In this document: positions 1 to 7,699 of the stretch, one piece after another | Position numbering within the stretch: position 1 is the first letter of the stretch | How the letters are laid out: every line of letters starts with the position of its first letter | Made by a program: the position numbers and the translations under genes | Notes under the pieces: generated by a model | Seen by the model: the letters and a program-made list of their open reading frames with translations, nothing else | Databases searched by the model: none | What the model was told of the DNA's origin: nothing | Assembly (NCBI GenBank): GCA_026997215.1 | Contig: JALWJP010000184.1 | Span: 340 to 31,808, forward strand | DNA: 31,469 nucleotides | Reading direction: 5' to 3' | From: Nanobdellati archaeon | Lineage (GTDB): Archaea > EX4484-52 > JAADEF01

Positions 1-255
1 ATCAATAATTATATCATAGAAAGGACCATCTACTTCTTGTATGCCTAATTTCTTTAAGAATTCTTTTTCTTTATCTTCTAAATAGTATTTACCATCTCCC
101 CATTCTATTTCTAACCTATCTTCATCTTTATAATGAAGGAAATCTTTTATTTCTTTAAATAATTCCTTTTCTTCTTCATCAAATTCATTTTCATCTACTT
201 TGTTAAAATCTACGTCCATTCCTACTAAAACTGATAAAATTCTATTTTTATTCAT
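1..255 (-). CDS. Acidic hypothetical protein, 3'-partial (runs off window)
   Basis: Hand-translated MNKNRILSVLVGMDVDFNKVDENEF...GPFYDIIID, open to position 1; SD GGAGGTGA upstream; not in ORF track. Confidence 0.75.
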   Translation of the reverse strand, partial: MNKNRILSVLVGMDVDFNKVDENEFDEEEKELFKEIKDFLHYKDEDRLEIEWGDGKYYLEDKEKEFLKKLGIQEVDGPFYDIIID

Positions 256-270
256 TCCACTCACCTCCTT

Positions 271-1338
271 CTAATCTAATTTATAATATTTGCTAAAATC
301 ATTAACTATCTTTGAAAATATGTTAAATAATTCATCATCATTTATTATCTCGTCTTTATTATCTACTCTATTAACTATATTCCTTACCAAGAGTATTTTC
401 ACCTCATCGTTTAATTCCTTAAAATTCTTTTTATAGAATTTCTTGAATCCTTTTAAATCTTTAATACAAAAGTCTGATAATGCTGGAAGAATTGAATATT
501 GTTCGTCCATTTTTTCTGGAACATTTTCCTCATTCTTAAATATCTTCTCCACATTAAATTTCTTTGATAATTCTATAAATGCTATAAACTCCCTTGCTAT
601 ACCATCTGGGAGCATAAATTCTATTGTTTCTATTCCTTCTTCTATTATCACTTGTGATATCTGCTCCCATCTACGAGGAGTAGTTAAATCATAGCCATCT
701 TCACTCTTAATATTTAAGTATTGATTAAAGTTATTAAGAAATGCTATTATTCTGTTATCTACTCCATTATTTATCGCCCACTCTGTCCATTCCTTCACTG
801 TGGGCATAGCAACTTCTACTCTGAATAGAAACCTATCAAATAGAGGGTTCATAATGTCAAAAACATTAGCATCATCTGACCTATTTCCTGCGGCTACTAC
901 TATCCAGCCGTCAGGTAATCTATAAGAACTTCCTATCCTTCTATCAAGAATTAGTTGATAATAAAGCCTCTGCATCATCTCAGGAGCAAGGTTAAACTCA
1001 TCTAAGAATATAATTCCTTGCCCCTCTCTTGGAAGAAACTCTGCGAATGCCTCTATAATTCTATCTCCTTGAGGCATACCTAATTTAATATCTCCAACAT
1101 CATAAAGAATTGAGCGAATATCTAAAAGAACAAAAGAATTAGTATCAATTTTATCAAAATCTTCGGAATATTTCAATTTCTTTTCTGTAGCAATTTCATT
1201 TGCTGCCTCCCTTACACTTCTACTTTTACCAACTCCTACAGGACCTAAAATCAATAATGGCTTCTTGGTCCTGTAAGATATTTTTACCAAATCCTTTAAC
1301 TTACTTATACTTACTAAACTCATCTTCATTTTTAACAC
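271..1338 (-). CDS. MoxR-like AAA+ ATPase (AAA_5 type, usually partnered with DUF2201/vWA proteins)
   Basis: Walker A LILGPVGVGKS, Walker B IIFLDEFN, WIVVAAGN sensor region, PLFDRF arginine-finger region, TTPRRWE. Confidence 0.9.
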   Translation of the reverse strand: MLKMKMSLVSISKLKDLVKISYRTKKPLLILGPVGVGKSRSVREAANEIATEKKLKYSEDFDKIDTNSFVLLDIRSILYDVGDIKLGMPQGDRIIEAFAEFLPREGQGIIFLDEFNLAPEMMQRLYYQLILDRRIGSSYRLPDGWIVVAAGNRSDDANVFDIMNPLFDRFLFRVEVAMPTVKEWTEWAINNGVDNRIIAFLNNFNQYLNIKSEDGYDLTTPRRWEQISQVIIEEGIETIEFMLPDGIAREFIAFIELSKKFNVEKIFKNEENVPEKMDEQYSILPALSDFCIKDLKGFKKFYKKNFKELNDEVKILLVRNIVNRVDNKDEIINDDELFNIFSKIVNDFSKYYKLD

Positions 1339-1345
1339 CTCCTTC

Positions 1346-1675
1346 TTATTTTTCTAATTTCCTAAGAATTGCATTTGCTTTTTGATATATTATTTCATCA
1401 CTATTAGCAAGTTCAAGAATTTTGTCATATAAAATATTCCGTGCCATTTTTTCAATATCTATATATTTAGGCTCTACTACAAAAGAGAAATAGTCCCCTT
1501 CATAAGGGTCATTTTCATATTTAAATATATAGATTTCTTCTTCTTTTTCAACGAGAACACGTCTGAAAATGTACTCCTCTTTTTCGCCATCTTCATACTT
1601 AATTTCAACTACGACTTCCACTATTCTTACATCTTCCGCTTCATCTACAATCCTATATTTAATCTCTACACCCAT
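1346..1675 (-). CDS. Hypothetical protein
   Basis: ORF track 1346..1684; ATG at 1675 follows GAGAGGTGAGGAG SD; K/E/I-rich composition. Confidence 0.75.
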   Translation of the reverse strand: MGVEIKYRIVDEAEDVRIVEVVVEIKYEDGEKEEYIFRRVLVEKEEEIYIFKYENDPYEGDYFSFVVEPKYIDIEKMARNILYDKILELANSDEIIYQKANAILRKLEK

Positions 1676-1676
1676 T

Positions 1677-1720
1677 CTCCTCACCTCTCTATATAATATA
1701 TATATTTACTTGTTTAAATA
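1677..1720 (-). promoter_or_regulatory. TATA box plus strong SD upstream of ORF 1675
   Basis: Minus strand TATTTAAA (1720-1713) then GAGAGGTGAGGAG (1689-1677); same architecture as upstream of 6362. Confidence 0.55.
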
Positions 1721-1884
1721 CATTTATGGTTCGTCATTTTATATATTTAATAATATATAATAAGGTATATAATTCAAAAGAACAAATAATTTAAAAATTA
1801 CTAATTTTATATTATATAGCAAGGAGAGGTCTATTTCTGTGCAACCCACCTCCTCACCTCTCCTCACCCTCTTACACCTACTAA

Positions 1885-2100
1885 TCACCTCTCGCTATAC
1901 TTAACCATAACACGATATAATGGTTTATAATAATCGCAATCTAAAATTAAACCCTTCTCCATATACTGACCATAACCATAACAAGAATACTTACACCTTA
2001 ATAGTTCATGATTTTTACTTCTATCTACATCCTTAAAGGTAGTACTTTCCTTTTGCAAAGACATATATTTCCAGATACAAAGATTGTTGTATTTCATCAT
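1885..2100 (-). CDS. Small Cys/Tyr-rich hypothetical protein
   Basis: 71-aa ORF, GAGGTGA SD upstream. Confidence 0.6.
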   Translation of the reverse strand: MMKYNNLCIWKYMSLQKESTTFKDVDRSKNHELLRCKYSCYGYGQYMEKGLILDCDYYKPLYRVMVKYSER

Positions 2101-2103
2101 GTA

Positions 2104-2271
2104 TCACCTCTCTAAATCATCTAAATACATATCTATAATTTCTACAATTTCTTTCAACGCTTTTCTTATATTCTTTAACCTCACCTTCAACAAACCATTT
2201 TCAAATTCTAGATGTTTTTTCTCTATTAACAATTCCTTAAATCTATCCATGCTTACTCTTTCATTACTCAT
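2104..2271 (-). CDS. Small coiled-coil-like protein (55 aa)
   Basis: Hand-translated MSNERVSMDRFKELLIEKKHLEF...DMYLDDLER; ATGA overlap with the methyltransferase stop. Confidence 0.7.
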   Translation of the reverse strand: MSNERVSMDRFKELLIEKKHLEFENGLLKVRLKNIRKALKEIVEIIDMYLDDLER

Positions 2272-2714
2272 TCACTTACCACCCTTCTAAATATTATAAT
2301 CGCTGATGGAAACGGTGCAGAATTATTGGCACCTTCAAATTTTAATCTACTACGAATAAATCTTATTTCATCTGCTTTCATTACATAATCATGCCACCAT
2401 TTAGTATCCGTTCTTGAAGGGATTAAACATACAACCAAATCGGCATTCTTACAAACTTTAGTTTCTTCATATGCTTTTTTTATCCATTTCCCAATTTCTT
2501 TACCGTAAGGCGGATTTAAGAAAACTTTACCAAACCATTTCTGCCTTAAACCATTATCTTTTTTAGTAAAATAATATGGAGTACCTAAAGGGTTATCTTT
2601 ATCCGTTGCAGGATCTAAATCAAACCCTCCAAACTCTTTTTCAAGTCTCTTAAACAATTTTTTTGGAGTTCTCCACTCCAAATTCATGGATGAAAACATT
2701 ATTTTGGTGTTCAT
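2268..2714 (-). CDS. Phage-type DNA N6-adenine methyltransferase (small Dam/PF05869-like)
   Basis: EWRTP, FDLDPA and NPPY motif IV, LIPSRTDTKWWH, RLKF...APFPSA typical of this family. Confidence 0.92.
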   Translation of the reverse strand: MNTKIMFSSMNLEWRTPKKLFKRLEKEFGGFDLDPATDKDNPLGTPYYFTKKDNGLRQKWFGKVFLNPPYGKEIGKWIKKAYEETKVCKNADLVVCLIPSRTDTKWWHDYVMKADEIRFIRSRLKFEGANNSAPFPSAIIIFRRVVSE

Positions 2715-2726
2715 TCACGCATCACC
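2712..2726 (-). repeat. 15-bp gene-junction repeat GGTGATGCGTGAATG, copy 1 of 3
   Basis: Plus strand CATTCACGCATCACC, exact at 2712-2726, 3298-3312, 3491-3505. Confidence 0.9.
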
Positions 2727-2727
2727 T

Positions 2728-3099
2728 TTAATTGCAATATTCAAAAACGTTCATTATGTCTTCTAATTCTAAAACTGCTTTTCTTATGTTTTCTTCTACG
2801 TTTTCGTTTTCTTCAATATGTTTAATTATAACAGGAACGCTAAATTTATCTAAAAAATAAGGATCCTCTCTAATTACACCCTTGTCTAAAACAATAACTC
2901 CTTCTATTCTTTTTTCCTTATTTTCCATTATTTGTTCGTAATGTCTTCCAAAATTTTTAGCTTCTTTACTATAACCACACGCTATAAATTCGTCAACCCA
3001 CATACCATAATGCTCAATATCTTTGTTTAACTTCTCTGCTACATTTACACTTCTGAACGTTCCATCTTTACATATTACCAGAATAACAAAACGGTCCAT
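2728..3099 (-). CDS. Hypothetical protein
   Basis: 123-aa ORF, GGTGA SD upstream, stop adjoins junction repeat. Confidence 0.75.
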   Translation of the reverse strand: MDRFVILVICKDGTFRSVNVAEKLNKDIEHYGMWVDEFIACGYSKEAKNFGRHYEQIMENKEKRIEGVIVLDKGVIREDPYFLDKFSVPVIIKHIEENENVEENIRKAVLELEDIMNVFEYCN

Positions 3100-3300
3100 T
3101 CACTTATCACCTTTTTCGTTTTTATTTATCTTTACTTTTGAAGGTAAACTCCATGCCAATACTAACGAAAGTAATATTTCTTCAATAACTATTAACTTAT
3201 TTCCCAAATACGCTCCATCAATTATATGAATCCCAATAAACATCAAAACAATATCCAACAAAATTATTGCGATCATTAACACTATTAAGATTAATAACAT
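3100..3300 (-). CDS. Small membrane protein (2 predicted TM)
   Basis: Two long hydrophobic stretches; start ATG is the end of the 15-bp repeat. Confidence 0.7.
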   Translation of the reverse strand: MLLILIVLMIAIILLDIVLMFIGIHIIDGAYLGNKLIVIEEILLSLVLAWSLPSKVKINKNEKGDK

Positions 3301-3312
3301 TCACGCATCACC
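3298..3312 (-). repeat. 15-bp gene-junction repeat, copy 2 of 3
   Basis: Exact CATTCACGCATCACC. Confidence 0.9.
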
Positions 3313-3493
3313 TCTCAACATTTAACATAAAAAACAAAGCAATCATTCCAAATATAAAAAGTAGAGGAGTTAAACTACATATTGTTGTAGGCATATTACA
3401 TATGTACTTCATACATTTATTATGTATTTCATAACCGCTCATAATTAAAATAACGCTAAACGTTCCCCAAAATAATATTTTTGCTATACTCAT
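3308..3493 (-). CDS. Small membrane protein (2 predicted TM)
   Basis: Two hydrophobic segments around a Cys-containing loop; stop TGA and start ATG both lie in repeat copies. Confidence 0.7.
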   Translation of the reverse strand: MSIAKILFWGTFSVILIMSGYEIHNKCMKYICNMPTTICSLTPLLFIFGMIALFFMLNVER

Positions 3494-3505
3494 TCACGCA
3501 TCACC
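3491..3505 (-). repeat. 15-bp gene-junction repeat, copy 3 of 3
   Basis: Exact CATTCACGCATCACC. Confidence 0.9.
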
Positions 3506-3653
3506 CAAAAACACACATATAACCATCAAAAATTATGTCTGTTAATATTGCATTAAACACAAGAAATAACACTATTACAACAAACAAAGCAATACCTAAT
3601 CCAATTGCATAAAAAACTAATTCTAAAAACGACTTAACTGTTTCTTTTGACAT
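3501..3653 (-). CDS. Small membrane protein (50 aa)
   Basis: Hand-translated MSKETVKSFLELVFYAIGLGIALFVVIVLFLVFNAILTDIIFDGYMCVFG; GAGGTGA SD; stop within repeat copy 3. Confidence 0.7.
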   Translation of the reverse strand: MSKETVKSFLELVFYAIGLGIALFVVIVLFLVFNAILTDIIFDGYMCVFG

Positions 3654-3688
3654 TCTAAATCACCTCTTGTTATCTAATTTTATATTTA

Positions 3689-4063
3689 CTATCTTATTAA
3701 TTCTTTTTCTATATCACTCTCAATACCTGATGACTCTATATGCCATATTCTCCACTTCTTTCCTTTTATTTTTAGTGCTACAACAAACCAATTATTTTTA
3801 TTGTTGATGTTCTTTATAAACTCTCTGATTTGTTTTCTTGCTTTGTAAAAGTCTGATTTATTTGTCTTTACCTGTACAAATAATGTTGATGGTGATTCAT
3901 CTTCATATATTCCTTTTTTTGGTAGTGCTATTATATCTGCTATGTTGAATATGTCCTTTTGTCCATATTTGCTCCATGTTGGACGCCATACATAATATTC
4001 TTTTGATAGATATTCCACGAATTCCTTCTCAGCTCTCTTTCCTTTTGCTACTTTGTTTACCAT
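3689..4063 (-). CDS. hjc: Archaeal Hjc-like Holliday junction resolvase (PD-(D/E)XK)
   Basis: KGKRAEKEFVEYL (G..xE), DIIAL catalytic Asp, FVQVKT (Q/ExK) pattern; size matches Hjc. Confidence 0.8.
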   Translation of the reverse strand: MVNKVAKGKRAEKEFVEYLSKEYYVWRPTWSKYGQKDIFNIADIIALPKKGIYEDESPSTLFVQVKTNKSDFYKARKQIREFIKNINNKNNWFVVALKIKGKKWRIWHIESSGIESDIEKELIR

Positions 4064-4065
4064 AT

Positions 4066-4422
4066 TTATCTCCTCTTTAGAAATGATTGCTTCTTGCCTC
4101 TGTTTGATTTTTGTTTTTGTTTTATCTTTTCTACCTTATTCAGCCAGTTGTAAGTTTTTATGTCTCCTCTTTGCATAGCTGTTATCTTCCACTGTTTCAT
4201 CACATCTTCCTCTACTTCTTCTTTTATGTTGAATATTCTTGTTCTGTTTAAATGGTCTTGATATACTTTCTTCTCATTATTTGTCATACATTGATCACAT
4301 GTTGAGTATGATATGCCTTCCTCTTCGTAATAAAATAGACATATCTCACCATAATCATATTCATTACCACATCTATCGCATGTGCCTGTCCACATCCAGC
4401 CATAGAATTCTATCTTTACCAT
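4066..4422 (-). CDS. Zinc-finger protein
   Basis: CDRC...CDQC pair, basic C-terminus. Confidence 0.7.
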   Translation of the reverse strand: MVKIEFYGWMWTGTCDRCGNEYDYGEICLFYYEEEGISYSTCDQCMTNNEKKVYQDHLNRTRIFNIKEEVEEDVMKQWKITAMQRGDIKTYNWLNKVEKIKQKQKSNRGKKQSFLKRR

Positions 4423-4553
4423 GTTTATCTACCTCTTTTTTTAATATTGTATTTTGTTACTTTATTATCTACTGACTTCAATATACTAACTTCTACACTA
4501 AATATAACACTCAATGACCCGAAAATAATATTTTTACTATATTCATATACTAA

Positions 4554-4709
4554 TCACCTTTCTTCAAATACGACTCTCACCGTTGTTTTATTTCCTTCAA
4601 AAACAATCACACTTCTTATTTCCCAATTTAAAAACAATGGCAAATCTTTATACATCTGCTTTGATATTTTCCAATCATCTTCAAACTTATTGACCATACG
4701 CCTCGCCAT
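4554..4709 (-). CDS. Small hypothetical protein (51 aa)
   Basis: Hand-translated MARRMVNKFEDDWKISKQMYKDLPLFLNWEIRSVIVFEGNKTTVRVVFEER; TAATG overlap with ligase stop. Confidence 0.6.
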   Translation of the reverse strand: MARRMVNKFEDDWKISKQMYKDLPLFLNWEIRSVIVFEGNKTTVRVVFEER

Positions 4710-5710
4710 TATATGCTCTTTTCTAACCTCTCTAAATATTTTTTAACCACGAACCTTTGTGCTTTTAACCTGAATTCTCTTTCAAATACCTTCCATAACT
4801 GCTTCTCTATCCACTGCCTTTCTTCATCAATAATGTCTTCTATAAATTCAGGTATTAGGTGTGCTAAATCCCTTTTCTCATTTTGTATTTTTCCTTCCTC
4901 TTTTAGGTGCTGTATTGCTTTGTTTAGTCGTGCTTCGGTTAATAGTGCTTCTATTATACCTTGCATACTCTCCATTTTCTTCTTTACATTCCATTCTTTG
5001 TTTAACTTCTCCTTAAAATCCTCTCTAACCCACTTTCCAACTAAATGAAATCCGAAATAAGATTTTGTTGAAAGCATGTCAACTGGATATGTCTTATTAT
5101 AATTCTTTATTATAATACCCTCAACTTTCTCCTTACCTAATGAACTTTCTTTATTTAAGAATTCCTTTAACATTCCTTCTTTCCATTCCCCTTCATACAT
5201 AATCCATTCCTTCTCAATACCTATCTCATCTGCTACTTTATGCTTATACCACACTCCATCATCATCTTTCTCAACTTTCCTTACCATTCCATTACTAACT
5301 AATATAATATCAAACAACACTAAATTATTTTTTGGAACTCTACCATATACCAGAACATTATGTTTTTGCCTTTCTAAATATTCTGCAAATAAATACACTT
5401 CTGTTAATAGTGGTTCTTTATTGAAGAAGTATTTATTTAACGTCTTTCTTATATTCTCCCTTAACTCGTATACTCTTTGTATTGCTGTTAAAAACATTTT
5501 TTGTTCTTTTAATATTGTTAACTCATCTCCTTCTATTATTGCTAACTCATCAACTTTTTTAGATCCTACTCTAATAGTTCCTTCTCTATCAACTTCTATT
5601 CTAAATTGACTTCCATCGTACTTCTCTGAAACTACTATCTTTCCTTCCAATAATCCACAATTCTGCATGATATTACTCATCGCATCATATACTTTTGGAT
5701 ACTTTAACAC
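4709..5710 (-). CDS. ATP-dependent RNA ligase, Rnl2-like nucleotidyltransferase
   Basis: Motif I SEKYDGSQF, motif III LFAEY, IIIa LVLFDI, IV EGIIIK, V KWVREDFKE; C-terminal TEARLNKAI segment reminiscent of the Rnl2 C domain; no OB/DNA-binding domain of DNA ligases seen. Confidence 0.8.
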   Translation of the reverse strand: MLKYPKVYDAMSNIMQNCGLLEGKIVVSEKYDGSQFRIEVDREGTIRVGSKKVDELAIIEGDELTILKEQKMFLTAIQRVYELRENIRKTLNKYFFNKEPLLTEVYLFAEYLERQKHNVLVYGRVPKNNLVLFDIILVSNGMVRKVEKDDDGVWYKHKVADEIGIEKEWIMYEGEWKEGMLKEFLNKESSLGKEKVEGIIIKNYNKTYPVDMLSTKSYFGFHLVGKWVREDFKEKLNKEWNVKKKMESMQGIIEALLTEARLNKAIQHLKEEGKIQNEKRDLAHLIPEFIEDIIDEERQWIEKQLWKVFEREFRLKAQRFVVKKYLERLEKSI

Positions 5711-5740
5711 GTTATCACCTCACTTTTCATAAATTTCCCC

Positions 5741-5816
5741 CACCTGCCGAATATGTCATCAATATGTCATCAAAAGCCTTCGAACCCTAATATTCCTATA
5801 GTTATTTCGGCAGGTG
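5741..5816. repeat. GC-rich 11-bp inverted repeat enclosing an 11-bp tandem direct repeat
   Basis: CACCTGCCGAA (5741-5751) / TTCGGCAGGTG (5806-5816); AATATGTCATC x2 (5750-5771). Confidence 0.85.
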
Positions 5817-6362
5817 TTTAGGGCTTATCTTTTTATCAATTTCCATAATCATTTTCTTTATCATATACTTAACAACATGTTTATTCTTAATCATCTTACC
5901 CTTATCAATCATATACTCCTCAAATCTTTCATAAATATGGTCTATCATTAATTTTAAAGGTGGTGCATCTTCTTTTAATGTACCGTCCGGATTATATCTG
6001 TTCCTAACAATCTTCTCAATTTTTCTATCTTTAAAGAATTCAATTAAATTATCATCTATTTTTATATCAGAATATATCTCTATGAAAGAATTCTTATTCA
6101 TTATTTGTGAGAAGTATTCTTCATATCTCTTATTAACTTTTAACAACTCTCTAACTTGTTCTTTTAATTCTTTGAAATTCTTGGCTAATAAGACTGCTTC
6201 TTCCCAATCACCCTGTATTATTAAGGAATGTATTAATTCTGTACGTGATATATCCCTCTCATATGCAATCTCGTCCAATTTATTAACCACAACTTCTGGA
6301 AGGTATAAATTAATTGGAACCCTCTTCTCAGTATAAACTTTTGGCCTACCTGGTCTTCCCAT
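5802..6362 (-). CDS. Ribbon-helix-helix (CopG-like) DNA-binding protein with coiled-coil C-terminal extension
   Basis: GRPK then VPINLYLPEVVVNKLDEIAYERDISRTELIHSLI (RHH pattern); ATG at 6362 follows the SD (ORF track starts 6377). Confidence 0.8.
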   Translation of the reverse strand: MGRPGRPKVYTEKRVPINLYLPEVVVNKLDEIAYERDISRTELIHSLIIQGDWEEAVLLAKNFKELKEQVRELLKVNKRYEEYFSQIMNKNSFIEIYSDIKIDDNLIEFFKDRKIEKIVRNRYNPDGTLKEDAPPLKLMIDHIYERFEEYMIDKGKMIKNKHVVKYMIKKMIMEIDKKISPKHLPK

Positions 6363-6394
6363 CTCCTCACCTCTCAATAAAGGTTATTATATTA

Positions 6395-6422
6395 AATTAT
6401 TTAAATATTTATTTAAATAATT
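6395..6422. promoter_or_regulatory. 28-bp AT-only palindrome overlapping the TATA box of the RHH gene
   Basis: AATTATTTAAATA-TT-TATTTAAATAATT, 13-bp arms, two TATTTAAATA units. Confidence 0.6.
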
Positions 6423-6614
6423 CGTTATATATTTTATACTTTATTAAGCGTATCATTTATTATAAAGTTTAAACGCTTTAGAAGTGGTTTTGGAATTATG
6501 ATTTCTATATCATCATCAAATAAAATAGAATAGGTGTTGTGATGTTGTTTTATTTTTATATAAGTATGTTTAGTTAAGTATATACATCTATACCTTAAAG
6601 GCATCGGCACACTA

Positions 6615-6833
6615 TCACTCTTTTATATATGCACCTACTTCTGGGAAGTCTATTTTTATTATATCTATAACTCTCTTCTTCATATTCTTTGGAACCTTTA
6701 ATATTATCTTATCCACTTCTCTTGCTATACTTGCCTTTATGCCTCTGCTATTTAACTCTTCTATCAATGCCAGAATTGGCATCATATTTGTTGTTTCTAT
6801 GATATATATCTTATCCCTCTTCATACTTATCAC
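6615..6833 (-). CDS. Small hypothetical protein, paralog of 12462..12746
   Basis: ILKVPKNMKKRVIDIIKIDFPEV aligns to ILYLPKGFKRKVISFIRINFPDL. Confidence 0.75.
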   Translation of the reverse strand: MISMKRDKIYIIETTNMMPILALIEELNSRGIKASIAREVDKIILKVPKNMKKRVIDIIKIDFPEVGAYIKE

Positions 6834-7005
6834 CTATCTTCTTTATTATTTTTATAATATTCCTCTTATTTATGAAATACTCATTATTTAATGTTTTTAA
6901 TCTAATGAAATCAAAATCCTTATCTATATATTCCACGTCTCCTCTTATCTTTCTAACATTACCACCTTCAATAAAAACAACATCAACCAACACATCTATC
7001 ACCAT
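6811..7005 (-). CDS. Small beta-rich protein, possibly Sm/Hfq-like fold
   Basis: IRGDVEYIDKDFDFIRLKT...YFINKRNIIKI strand pattern; fold call is inference. Confidence 0.55.
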   Translation of the reverse strand: MVIDVLVDVVFIEGGNVRKIRGDVEYIDKDFDFIRLKTLNNEYFINKRNIIKIIKKIGDKYEEG

Positions 7006-7229
7006 TCAAAATCGAATATACTTTTCTTTTTCTTCCTATTACCATCATATATCCTTATAATTAAATAAGGTGACACAAACATGACCTTTGACAACATTCT
7101 AGTATATTCTACAAATGAAACATCTATATCATAATGTTTTTTTAAATAGTTCCGTGTTTTCTCATACCCTTCTTTTAAAATTTTTTCGAATTCATCATCT
7201 ACTCTTATATTCTTACTACCCATAATCAT
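6999..7229 (-). CDS. Small DNA-binding protein, RHH/antitoxin-like
   Basis: SKNIRVDDEFEKILK beta-then-helix start and SFVEYTRML second helix. Confidence 0.55.
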   Translation of the reverse strand: MIMGSKNIRVDDEFEKILKEGYEKTRNYLKKHYDIDVSFVEYTRMLSKVMFVSPYLIIRIYDGNRKKKKSIFDFEW

Positions 7230-7633
7230 TAAATATCTTCATTAAGTAGTTTTGCTTCGTCTCTTCTCCATCTTCCTTTTAACATAACCATAAGGTATTG
7301 TTTAATAACCTTTAAGATAAATATTGCTGTCAACATAAAGAATACCATTGCTAATACATATGCTAATTTTGAATATACATTAACTACGTCATTAACACCG
7401 CTACCTGTATACTCAACCAATTCTATTGTTGTTGTGTTGTTGATAACTGTTATCAATTTCTGCTGTTGTATTGCAGGTAGGTATGATACTGATAATAACA
7501 TTACTATGATGTGTGATATTACTAATGTTAGAAATAGATATTTCAACCATTCACCTTCACTCTCATAATACAACATGGCATAAAGCAATATCAACATAAC
7601 CAAAGGCAATATAAACTCCATCACAATCATCAC
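7229..7633 (-). CDS. Membrane protein (about 3 TM), putative virion/envelope protein
   Basis: Three hydrophobic segments; NNT/NTT sequons in the loop. Confidence 0.75.
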   Translation of the reverse strand: MMIVMEFILPLVMLILLYAMLYYESEGEWLKYLFLTLVISHIIVMLLSVSYLPAIQQQKLITVINNTTTIELVEYTGSGVNDVVNVYSKLAYVLAMVFFMLTAIFILKVIKQYLMVMLKGRWRRDEAKLLNEDI

Positions 7634-7660
7634 CTATCATTAAGATAATCATGTAAATTT

Positions 7661-7673
7661 AAAAAAGAAAAAA
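7661..7673 (-). terminator. Oligo-T archaeal terminator candidate downstream of the putative capsid gene
   Basis: Minus strand TTTTTTCTTTTTT about 27 nt after the stop of 7700..7984. Confidence 0.5.
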
Positions 7674-7699
7674 GCAATGTAAGGGGCAAGCCGTATGGC

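Noticed and set aside
2712-3505. 15-bp repeats as a mini-CRISPR array
   Set aside because: Too short, spacing irregular (586 and 193 bp), and the intervening sequence is coding.
5776-5790. GGGTTCGAA on the minus strand as a tRNA T-loop or attP remnant
   Set aside because: No pairing T-stem, acceptor stem or CCA context.
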